64,000 bases of DNA from Hamiltosporidium tvaerminnensis FI-OER-3-3 (lineage: Eukaryota > Fungi > Microsporidia). Positions 39,145 through 49,414 of the stretch are shown piece by piece. The stretch lies in contig CM061248.1 of NCBI GenBank assembly GCA_022605425.2, positions 248,001-312,000 of the forward strand, read 5' to 3'. The notes under the pieces are model-generated. The model did no database searches, was not told the DNA's origin, and was given only the letters and a program-made list of their open reading frames with translations. Position numbers and translations under genes: made by a program. Position 1 is the first letter of the stretch. The number at the start of each line of letters is the position of its first letter.

Positions 39145-40413
39145 CTACATTTTAAGCCTTTCTTTAACAGGTCCTTCCCATTTAAGAAAATGTTCATTAA
39201 CACGGGTTTTCTTTCCTTTAATCATTTTCTCAAATATTTCTCCTTTAATGATAAATATAGGATAACCATGATAAAATTTAATAATTCCGTACGCCACCAA
39301 AGTAGAAAGAATATCATCTTCAGTAATAGAAGTCAATTTACTTATTTCAGAAATACTTGTTTTTTTCTTATTTTGTATAATTTCTATAATTACTTCTGAC
39401 CAGTAGGATCTATAAGAAAGCAATCCAAGATCAGAAAGTGGTTTTTCTGGTGAAGCTATTGCATTCTCTTTTTTAGAAAGTAAATAAGAAAAATCTATGA
39501 GAACTTTCCCGTATCCTTTTTTCTGTTCATGGGGAAGTGTAAGAAGACAAGCTAGATTATATCCTTGTAGACTGTCTTTTTCTTTAGAAAAATAACCAAC
39601 AATTTTATATCCATTTTCGTATCTACAAAGAATATAAAACATGAAAGGATCGACATCGAAGTAAAGAGTTTTATGATCAAGAAAAAGTTTACTGAGTAAA
39701 CAAAGATTTCTACAGTAATTTTTATGAGAATAACCGTCAATTTCAAAAAAAGAAATATCTTGATTTCTGTATATTTCATTTCCTGGTGGATGTTTTAAAT
39801 CGCATTTTTTTGTATGAATTTCGTATTGTTTTTGTGTAGCGAAATAGAAGAGACAATACTGACAAATATAAATAATTTCAGATGTTGCTATTTTTTCTGG
39901 ATATGGAGAAAAATACCAAGCATCTACCGTATAATTTCCTATTCTGATTTTTCTTACATTTTTAACTTTATTGGATTCATCTGTAGCTAGAGATTGGTTT
40001 TTATCTAAAATTTCTTCATTTATTTCTGAATCTTTAAGATTTGGTGACATTTCTTTTCTAAATGGTGTTTTTTTTAATGCTACTGTTGTTCTTTCATCTT
40101 CATAAACTTTATTTGGTGTAATTTCTTGGATGAGACTTTTGTTGGTTACAATACTCTTTCTTTTGGTTATTACTTTTCTCTCAATCACTGATTTTTTTTT
40201 CTTTTTTGGAATTTCTATTTCTTCTATATTGTCAATTTTAAGACAAGATTCGTCTACCCATTCATCTAATCGTTTGTTAAAGTCAGTATAATGAACATAA
40301 TATTCTTTTCCTGTTCTTGTTTTACGAATGCCTAGTATTTCTGCTTTTTGATATATTTCCCCATTTTTCATGTCTTTTTTAACAGGAAGCTTATAACCGA
40401 TTTCTATATCCAT
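39145..40413 (-). CDS. ESA1: MYST-family histone acetyltransferase (Esa1/Tip60-like) with N-terminal chromo/Tudor-knot domain
   Basis: YYVHYTDFNKRLDEWV; WYFSPYP, CQYC..H...C zinc finger, HPPGNEIY, LFLDHKTLYFDV, GYFSKEK, QKKGYG, SPEKPLSDLG. ATG at 40413 preceded by CCCC. Confidence 0.95.
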   Translation of the reverse strand: MDIEIGYKLPVKKDMKNGEIYQKAEILGIRKTRTGKEYYVHYTDFNKRLDEWVDESCLKIDNIEEIEIPKKKKKSVIERKVITKRKSIVTNKSLIQEITPNKVYEDERTTVALKKTPFRKEMSPNLKDSEINEEILDKNQSLATDESNKVKNVRKIRIGNYTVDAWYFSPYPEKIATSEIIYICQYCLFYFATQKQYEIHTKKCDLKHPPGNEIYRNQDISFFEIDGYSHKNYCRNLCLLSKLFLDHKTLYFDVDPFMFYILCRYENGYKIVGYFSKEKDSLQGYNLACLLTLPHEQKKGYGKVLIDFSYLLSKKENAIASPEKPLSDLGLLSYRSYWSEVIIEIIQNKKKTSISEISKLTSITEDDILSTLVAYGIIKFYHGYPIFIIKGEIFEKMIKGKKTRVNEHFLKWEGPVKERLKM

Positions 40414-41292
40414 GCGGGGTATTTTTCTCACTTTTTTTTTAACAACCCATCACACTTATTTATGCAAATAAAAAATTTATTCCGAAAAAAAAGGGGGAAA
40501 TTGTATAAAAAAAACTAAAAACTTACTAACCAATGAAATTTACAACTGATTAGAAAAAAAAAATTATAAATTTTAATAAATTTGGATAAAAAAAATTTTT
40601 GTAAGAATTTTACATTCCTCATTATTTAAGAGTTTAGAATTTTTTAGAAACATTTCTAAATATTCAAATCTTTTATATATTTAATTCTAAAGTTTACTTC
40701 TTATTATAAACTATTATTAACAATGTAATATTTAGATTTATAATATTTAAATCTGATGTATTTAAAAGAAAAAATATTTTTATTTCTTTTTTAACATTCT
40801 ATTACAATAATATAGAAAGTAAAATACTACATCTTAGATGTGAATAAACCCAATAAAAAATAATTAAATATTAGTTCTATTACAATAATTAAGAAAGTAA
40901 AATACTACATCTTAAACGTGCATAAATCAATAAAAAATAATTAAATATTAGTTCTATTACAATAATAGAAATACAGAAAATTCTTATAAAATTTAAATTT
41001 ATAAATATTTTTATATTGATTGTTATGTGAAATACGATTTAAATGTTGAGATTATAAATATATTTTAAGTCTTTTTTTTTATTTTAATAAATTCAAATTA
41101 AAAAACGTATATTTTAAAACGAACAAAAAATTATTTTTAAAATATTATGATTAAGGAAATAATCTGTACTAGTACTTATTAATTATATAAGTTCCTTTTA
41201 ATATGTATATTTTAAAATATTATGATTAAGAAAATAATCTTTACAAATACTTATTAATTATATAAGTTCTTTTTAATACTTTATTTAAAAAT

Positions 41293-42013
41293 ATCACATC
41301 TTTTTAAAACAAAGGCAAGTGCTATATTTGTTTTTCATGACATTAACGCAGTTCTAGGTTTAACATAAATAACTGCTACCCTAAAACCCCATCAAGTAAC
41401 CCCTGCGATTCCTACGTCCCAAAGCCTTTCATCTACCAGGTGTGTAGAACCTAATTAATAGGCGAGGCAGTTGCCCGGAGTTCGTTAATGTCCTTTGCAT
41501 GGAGTGTGATCGAAGGCCGAAGCCCCCCCTGGGCTCCCCCAAGACTATGCAGCATTCCCACTTACTCTACACTTTCTGAACCCAATAAACTTCTAGCTAA
41601 GATATATTTCAGAGATTTACATGGGGTCCACCTAGACAGTGCAATGTCATACCAACAGGTATAACCTGCTACTTAGCTCTCCCGGCTTTTAATGGGTTTT
41701 ATTTTTATATCTCCCAGGCGCTAAGTCTTCTAACCCGAGTGAGCAAGGCTAGGTTTCCATGCTTTTACATGGCAATTACATACATGTTCAGCTGTGGTCT
41801 GCAATCTGGTTACATAAAAAACTACAAATAAATTCGTAGAAAAAGTTTCACCATTTCTTAGACCTCTCCTCCTCATAACAACTTCCATGGAACAACCGAA
41901 GATGTAGTGTGGTTGTATTCCCACCAAAAATCCAAACAATGATCTCACACCAGTTTCACACACTCATTGCCAAGCAGAAAGTTTTTTATGTGGTTATCCT
42001 CCCTCCACTATTA
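41293..42013 (-). ncRNA. Candidate large structured non-coding RNA, copy A (family unknown)
   Basis: Reverse complement of 45279-45989; GC-rich island; no conserved ORF; several differences from copy B preserve pairing through G-U on this strand. Confidence 0.6.
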
Positions 42014-42019
42014 AGTCTG

Positions 42020-42610
42020 TAAATTAAAATATTAAATACATTAAAAGTAATTTTTCTAGAAATTTATTTCTTTATATTTAACGTTTTTAAAATATTAAAT
42101 ACATTAAAAGTAATTTTTCTAGAAATTTATTTCTTTATATTTAACGTTTTTAAAATATTAAATAAATTAAAAAGACAATTTTCAAGAAATTTATTTCTTT
42201 ATATTTAACGTTTTTAAAATATTAAAATATATTTTTATTTGTTTATATTTTAAGTGAGAGATTTCAAATTTGTTTCTATTTTAAAGTAAATAGCTTTAAA
42301 ATTTATATTGAATATATTAGCTTTTAGAGGATTTGAAATTAAATTGTTTTTAATAGTATTTCTAAATTTATTAGATAAAAAGTATGAAAATATATTTCCA
42401 CAGTATAAGATAAAACTACAAGTTTATTTCTAAATTTATTAGATAAAAAGTATGAAAATATATTTCCACAGTATAATGTAAAATTACAAGCTATTTCTAG
42501 ATTTATAAGGTAAAAAGTATGAAAATATATTTCTATTTTATAATGTAAAATTACAAGCTATTTCTAGATTTATAAGGTAAAAAGTATCAAAATATATTTC
42601 CAGAGTATAT
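42020..42610. repeat. Two adjacent AT-rich tandem repeat arrays (~63-68 bp units)
   Basis: gaaatttatttctttatatttaacgtttttaaaatatta x3; aaaaagtatgaaaatatatttc x4. Confidence 0.85.
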
Positions 42611-42640
42611 TTTAAAATTAGAAAAGTATTTTAAATGAAT

Positions 42641-43174
42641 TTAATTATCGACATATATAAATTTCACATTAAATAAGCCTACCGTTAAAATAATTACTAA
42701 GACACAGAACACCATGATCATAAACGGTGTGACAAAAATATTTAAAACTTCAAAAAAGCATTTCAAATAATTGATTTTTCTGATTCGGAAAATGCGATTT
42801 CTTAATCTAATATTTCTTAAAATTTCAGTTTCTGTACCAATAAAAAAACAATGATACATATTTTGTCTATTGGGGGCTTTTTTTAGTTCAAAATACCATA
42901 TGGTGTCTACTTTTAGGCGGGTTTTTGGTTCATAGAGAGAATAGACGAACATATGTTCCCTATACGTAATGCTTCCATATCTTAGGCGTGCTATATCTCT
43001 TGCAAAATAAGGAAATATTTGGTTTTGACATATCATCAACCCGATTACAAGTCTTCTAAACCGATTATTATACGTTTGGATTATATTTTTATAAGATTCT
43101 AAAGATATTGGATCTATATAATCTCCAGGTAGTCTGTAAAGTAGTTTATTTTCTTTTATAAAATATATCATCAT
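42641..43174 (-). CDS. Hypothetical protein with C-terminal transmembrane segment
   Basis: 177-aa ORF in a gene island; hydrophobic IFVTPFMIMVFCVLVIILTVGLF near the C-terminus; no family recognised. Confidence 0.6.
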   Translation of the reverse strand: MMIYFIKENKLLYRLPGDYIDPISLESYKNIIQTYNNRFRRLVIGLMICQNQIFPYFARDIARLRYGSITYREHMFVYSLYEPKTRLKVDTIWYFELKKAPNRQNMYHCFFIGTETEILRNIRLRNRIFRIRKINYLKCFFEVLNIFVTPFMIMVFCVLVIILTVGLFNVKFIYVDN

Positions 43175-43945
43175 GTTATGTCTCTATCGCTTTCCTTTAT
43201 TTTGAAACTTGGTTTCTTTTTTGATATAACTTTATTATCCAATCAATTTGAAGTAAAAAAGTAGATCATTTGATCATTGGATTCTCAAATAAAACAAAAT
43301 TTTATTTATAAATATACTTCAAGTTTTAGATAATTTATTTAAAGATCTTTATATATTTAGATTTTAAAATATATTGATAGAGATTTATACTTAGATTGAG
43401 TTTCATATTGTATACTTCGTTTTAATTATAAATAATTATTTTATCTATACTAGGAATGATTTAAAGTAAATACATTTAAAGATATTAAGGTTATTTGTTG
43501 TATAAAGTCACTTAGATAAAAGTATTCCTTGAATAAATTCAAAGTTAAGATAAAGAATATCTTTAGAAATTTAAGGTTTATAATTTATAAATATTTTTTT
43601 TAAAAAAACACTTATTTTATCTGAAAATATCTATTAAATCCGAAATAATTTCTCCTTTATTTTTGATTGATTCATTTTACTTTTCCCCGTATAGATTAAC
43701 CAATATTTTAGATCAAATTATTTTTTCTATATTTTTTGTCGAGTATGAAATGAAAGTTAAAAGAATCAAAAAAATATATCAACGTACAAATATAAAGAAT
43801 AAAAAATAGATAAAAGAAATTATAATTTTATTTTAAGTATTTAGATTAAGGTAACTTTTAAACACAAAGAATAAAAAATAGATAAAAGAAATTATAATTT
43901 TATTTATAATTAAAGTAACTTTTAAACGATAAGAATATGTGTATT

Positions 43946-44221
43946 TTATTTCACTTTATTTTTTTGACTTCTTTTTTCCAAAATTTCTTGTTTGTTCATT
44001 GCATTTTCTTTAAGTTTGACAAATTTAATAACACTTCCTTTTAAGAAACAATCTTCTAAAAAGTATGGATCTTTTGATAATGATTTTACTACAACAGTTG
44101 AAAGATGCATATTCATTAATAAATCACATTCAATTAATTGCCCTTCGTAAATGTCATTGTTTTTTAATTCTACTTCTATATTTTTACCTTTTGAAATTCT
44201 TATAAGTGTTAAAGGATACAT
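43946..44221 (-). CDS. LSM4: Sm-like protein Lsm4
   Basis: MYPLTLIRISKGKNIEVELKNNDIYEGQLIECDLLMNMHL (Sm1) and FLKGSVIKFV (Sm2); ATG at 44221 preceded by CCC. Confidence 0.82.
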   Translation of the reverse strand: MYPLTLIRISKGKNIEVELKNNDIYEGQLIECDLLMNMHLSTVVVKSLSKDPYFLEDCFLKGSVIKFVKLKENAMNKQEILEKRSQKNKVK

Positions 44222-44287
44222 TATTGAGGGTATGTGTTTCAAAGATGAAAATTATATAAAAATTTGGTTTTTATGCCTGGGTTTGTA

Positions 44288-44660
44288 CATCAAGGAAAAT
44301 AGAGATTAAAAAAAATTGAAATTTAAAGAACTTATTGATGTAGTTTTAAACCAAGGAAAACCGAGATTTAAAAAATTAAAAATTAAAGAACTTATTGATG
44401 TAGTTTAAAACCAAGGAAAATCGAGATTTAAAAAAATTTAAAATTAGAGAACTTGATTGATGTAGTTTTAAACCAAGGAAAATCGAGATTAAAAAAAATT
44501 AAAGAGTTTAAAGAACTTGATTGATGTAGTTTTAAACCAAGGAAAATCGAGATTAAAAAAAATTTAAAATTAGAGAACTTTTTGATGTAGTTTTAAACCA
44601 AGGAAAACCGAGATTTAAAAAAATTAAAGAGTTTAAAGAACTTGATTGATGTAGTTTAAA
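44288..44660. repeat. ~60-bp tandem repeat x6 upstream of LSM4
   Basis: aaaccaaggaaaa(t/c)cgagatt...gaacttgattgatgtagttt units. Confidence 0.93.
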
Positions 44661-45278
44661 TAATGAAATGTTAAATTATGAGAAAAAAAATACGAAAAAA
44701 ATGATTTAATTATAAAATACTTCAATAAAACACAGAAAAGATCAAAGAAATATTTTAAATTTCAAAGGATATTTAAAAGGAATAAATGGGTTACAAATAA
44801 TATACAAATAGCAAAAAAATTAAACCTGGTAAATTCATGAATATAACTTTGTAAACCAAATAAATAAATATTCAATGAATTAACTAAGTAAGTAAAAGTA
44901 TTTCAAACTATTAAATATTATTCGCTCGACTTAATTTAAGATAAACATTTATATATAAATAGAAAGAATCAACATATTTAACAATTTTTAATCTTACCGT
45001 TTTGTATATTTTTGATCCCACGGATAATACTATTATGGATGATTTTAAATCAAACGATGGTAAAAAATTTTATTGATACTCATATGCCATTTTAAACTTA
45101 CAGATGGATAAATTAGAAACTGTAAAGAAATAATCGAAATTTTTAAATAATTTCGTTACAGTATTTAATTAAATTGGCTTTATCATGGTAGATAAGGAAA
45201 CAGAGTAATGAATATAAACATCAAACGTAAATTATTGCTTGTTTTATTCATTAATTTAATGTATTATGATATAAATTA

Positions 45279-45989
45279 TAATGGTGGATGGAGGATAACC
45301 ACACAAAAAACTTTCTGCTTGGCAATGAGATGTGAAATTGAATTAAAGGTCATCGTTATATTTTAGTAGGAATAAACCTCACTACATCTTCGGTTATTTT
45401 ATAGGATTTGTATGAGGAGGAGAGGTCTAAGAAATGGAGAAACGTTTTCTACAAATTTATTTGTAGTTTTTTATGTAACCAGATTGCAGACCGCAGCTGA
45501 ACAGGTAGGTAATTGCCATGTAAAAGCATGTACCTAGCCTTGCTCACTCGGGTTAGAAGACTTAGCGCCTGGGAGATACAAAACGAAATACCATTTAACA
45601 CCAGGAAAGCTAAGTAGCAGGTTATACCTGTTGGTATGACATTGCACTGTCTAGGATAACCCTGGTTATGCCTCTGGATAATGTCTTAGCATGGAAGTTT
45701 ATTGGGTTCAGAAAGTGTAGAGTAAGTGGGAATGCTGCATAGTCTTGGGGGAGCCCAGGGGGGGCTTCGGCCTTCGATCACACTCCATGCAACGGACATT
45801 AACGAACTCGGCTAAATGTCTCGCCTATTAATTAGGTTTACACACCTGGTAGATGAAAGTCTTTAAGATGTAGGTATCGCAGGAGTACTGTATGAGTGTT
45901 GAGGTAGTAGTTATTCATGTTAAACCTAGAACTGCGTTAATGTCATGAAAACAAATATAGCACTTGCCTTTGTTTTAAAAAGATGTGAT
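45279..45989 (+). ncRNA. Candidate large structured non-coding RNA, copy B (family unknown)
   Basis: cUUCGg hairpin 45760-45775; helices 45301-45312/45465-45476, 45560-45566/45609-45615, 45795-45804/45935-45944; conserved blocks shared with copy A. Confidence 0.6.
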
Positions 45990-47091
45990 CTTCTTAAATG
46001 CATATAATGGATACGTGTTTTTTTTCTATTTTCTTTGAAATTCAATTAATCTTAATACTAAGTAGTAAAACAACTATTGATTGAATAGTCTAATAGAATT
46101 TTATAAACGGATTAAATTAAAGGATTGTGATAATATTAACCAGGAATTTAAAGAACTAATGAATGGAAACTTACTTCATTTTGCTAAAGAGAGCTGTTTT
46201 TTTCAGACAAAGATAAAGCTTATTATGAAAATTTACAGACAGTAAAGACGACGGAATAAGATTAACATGTGGGATTAACAAAACGGGAAATAAGATGCTG
46301 AAGCCCTGGGCGAATTAAAAGCAAGAAGATCGGAAGCGGAAAATATGAAACTAAACAATATTTTAAGTTTATTTTTAAAATTACTTACCAATGCATCAAA
46401 ATTGTGATATGAAATCCTAAAAAAATATACAAGTATACAGATCTAGTGAAGTTATAAATTTCTGATAGAGAAATCATGATATTGAAATCGTGTTTAGGAT
46501 GATATATTTGCTTTTTTTACAATGTAAAATTTAGTCTGGTTCTACAGGCTTAAAGGGTTGTATAAAAATAAAAAATCAAAACCAGTATTTTTGCTTATTC
46601 CTCATATTTTTAATTAACTTCTATTAATTGCATAATTTTTATTAATCACAAATTAAGCTTCTCAATGTGCGACCTTCATCTGTTTTATAAAAATTTTAAT
46701 ATTTTAATAATCAGAAAGAGTAGCTTCTGGTATTTATATCTAAATATTGATTTGAATAATAATTTTAAAGAATACTAAAAAAATCTTTTGTAAAATTATA
46801 AAAAAAGATCTATTTAAATTTAAAAAGAAGCATCTCTTATTAATAAATAAGCTGTATGGTATGTTTTAACAATTAATATTCTAATATATTTTCAAAAGAT
46901 AAATAATTTTTAAGTTATCGTTATCAAAATTTTTCAGCGACAAATTAAAATACATCTAAATAATATTTTCTTAAAAATTTGACGAAAATAGAAAAATTTA
47001 ACTCAATCTAAGATAAAGAATACAAAAATAGAAATATTATCGTTATCCTGTTTTATAAAAAGTATTTAAAAGGGAGTTTTTTTCTAAAAAA

Positions 47092-48333
47092 ATGAAAATT
47101 TCAAAGTTAAAGATATTTTATTTTCTGTGCATATTTTTCGCTATTTCAATTGTTTCTTATGAAATAATATTCATGAAACAATATATAAATGATCTTTCTA
47201 ATTCAACTGAAATATTCCAGGAATCGAAAATTCTAACACAATTATATGATTTAGTAAAAGATATCTTTAAAATCGAACAAAAAAATATAACAGAAAAATA
47301 CATAGCTCTTTTATGGTTACAAATATACGAAATATTAACATGTTTGGTGATTTCACTCATATTTATTTCAAAAAAAGCACGAAAAATTATATTTAAAAAG
47401 TTAAATGAAAACAATACAACTGAAATACCATTTCTAACTTTAAAAAAATCAGAAATATCGTATTTTACACTTTTAGTAATTCTCATTTTCACATCTAAAA
47501 TTATTAAATACTTACTCTTTAGTTGTAAAATAGGATTCGATGCTTTTGATTTTCGATCTCAAATCAATAACCTCATATGTGAAATTATTTTTAAATCTTA
47601 CGCCGGTTTGTTTTTTGCTACATTTTTTCTAAAATTTTTCAAAAGAAAATATATTTACATTACGATAATAGCTTTTGGTCTATTCCTATATTTTAGTATA
47701 TCTTTTAAAGAAATGGGAGATCCTACAATCGCAGGATACGAGAGAATAGACCCAACAACACTAGATATTCAAATACAAGAAGCAATAGCTAAATGCAAAT
47801 TAGGAAATGATATTTTTGTAAAGCAAACCGGTAGTTTTTTTACGAATGCTTTCTTTGCCATAAATTTCGTTACAAAACGTATAATATTAGACGGTGAAAT
47901 TTTTAAAGGAAAATATTTTACACAAGGTATATTATCTCACGAACTTGGACATGCCATGGATGGGAGAAACATTCTATTTGCAAAAATTACATTAGAAATA
48001 CTCAGCTTTGTTTTTATTTTGTTCTTTGTTGATTGTTTGGTTTCGAAATATTTTGTAGATGAAAATGTTTCAAGAGATTGTTCAAGTGCGGTTCTTTTTT
48101 TATTTTATTTAAGCTATTTCCACGTCTGTTTAAAACCCATGAATAATATTTTGTCACAAATATTCGAATTTAGAGCAGATTCTTTTGCTAAATCGCTCTC
48201 TCAGCATATTCCTCTAGCTAATTTTCTTTTTATTATCTCGTTTAACAAAGCACCCTTTATATCAAGCAAACTGTACAGTTCTTTGCTTTACACACATCCA
48301 AGTATTTATGACAGACTAAAAAAATTTGATTGA
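47092..48333 (+). CDS. M48 zinc metallopeptidase (Ste24/CAAX prenyl protease-like), multi-pass membrane; copy 1
   Basis: NAF, HELGH (HExxH), EFRAD, THPS..DRL motifs; several TM segments; GGG motif at 47072-47074. Confidence 0.92.
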   Translation: MKISKLKIFYFLCIFFAISIVSYEIIFMKQYINDLSNSTEIFQESKILTQLYDLVKDIFKIEQKNITEKYIALLWLQIYEILTCLVISLIFISKKARKIIFKKLNENNTTEIPFLTLKKSEISYFTLLVILIFTSKIIKYLLFSCKIGFDAFDFRSQINNLICEIIFKSYAGLFFATFFLKFFKRKYIYITIIAFGLFLYFSISFKEMGDPTIAGYERIDPTTLDIQIQEAIAKCKLGNDIFVKQTGSFFTNAFFAINFVTKRIILDGEIFKGKYFTQGILSHELGHAMDGRNILFAKITLEILSFVFILFFVDCLVSKYFVDENVSRDCSSAVLFLFYLSYFHVCLKPMNNILSQIFEFRADSFAKSLSQHIPLANFLFIISFNKAPFISSKLYSSLLYTHPSIYDRLKKFD

Positions 48334-49414
48334 AAATAAAAAAAATAAAGTTTACTATTTCTATTATAAAGTATTTGATTTTGATTATTTCAATAAAAAA
48401 TTTTGCTGATTTTTTACAACTAACTTATTTATAGATGCCGTTTGGGTGAAAAATCAGTATCTCAACCGAAAATACAAAGACCATATGTACTCACTTATTT
48501 CTAAACTTTGAAGATGTATTCTCTATATTACCTCAAAAATAAAACATATTATTTTGCAACCTTTGAATTCTTTAGAAATGATGAAATTTGAACCAGGGAA
48601 GCAGAAATTTTATAAAGTTAGAGATAATAACAAATCCATATTTTTATACGGAAATCCTGAAATTAAAGAGATATAAAATATAAAAAATTTTCTTCAAAAA
48701 AAAACATAAAACACACAATTTGCAAATTTTTTTATGAAATTTAAAATAAAAAAGAATTCATTCAAAGACATTAATGCAGAAGATACTGAGCAGCATTTGG
48801 ATTTCTTTCAGACGGATCGTGAAATACAACAATAAAATCCATGAAAAAGAAATTCCTTGTTAGAATAGAAATGAATTTAAAAAAAAAAATAAAGATTTTA
48901 ACATTATGTGGACAAAACAAAATCGATAAGTATTGCAAACTAAATGTAAAAAACAAGATACTCTGTCATTACTATACAATACAATGCAATAAATCAGAAA
49001 TTACATCTATTTATTCAATATACATATAAATTCAAGTCTTCAAAACGAATTTAAGATCTCGCTGACAATAATTCTTAAAAATTAATATATAAAAATAAGA
49101 ATAAACACTAAATATCAAAACAGATGTCGAGTGTACAAGAAAAACTCTGATACATTTATTTTTGATAGAACTATTAGTTAAACCATATCTATCTGGATTG
49201 GAAAAACGTCCCACAATATTCTTTAAATCGTTGAAACTAGGAAAATCTAAAAATGGAAGACTTTTAGTCAATCAAAAAGTTATTTTTATTTTATTTTATG
49301 TGGATTTCATTGTATATATTACAATTATATTACAGTTTATTGTAATTTATAACATATAATATATTTTAACAACCTTCAAATACCAGTAAGAATATTCGCA
49401 TTTTTTATGTCAGA

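Noticed and set aside
41730-41963. 77-aa ORF inside RNA copy A
   Set aside because: Not preserved in copy B (indels and stops); GTG start.
44288-44660. Regularly spaced repeats resembling a CRISPR array (also 36700-36920)
   Set aside because: No unique spacers, eukaryotic context, no cas genes; these are plain tandem repeats.
45495-45750. Group I intron-like (P/Q/R/S), U6-like (AGAAGACTTAGC; TTAGCATGG) and SRP helix-8-like (CCAGG..AGCAG) snippets in the candidate RNA
   Set aside because: Motifs are out of order, not conserved in both copies, or lie in other well-supported helices; there is no ACAGAGA box and no interrupted host gene.
45279-45989. Assignment as telomerase RNA
   Set aside because: Size and modularity fit, but I see no CCUAA/CCCUAA-type template conserved in both copies on the inferred sense strand; left as an untested option.
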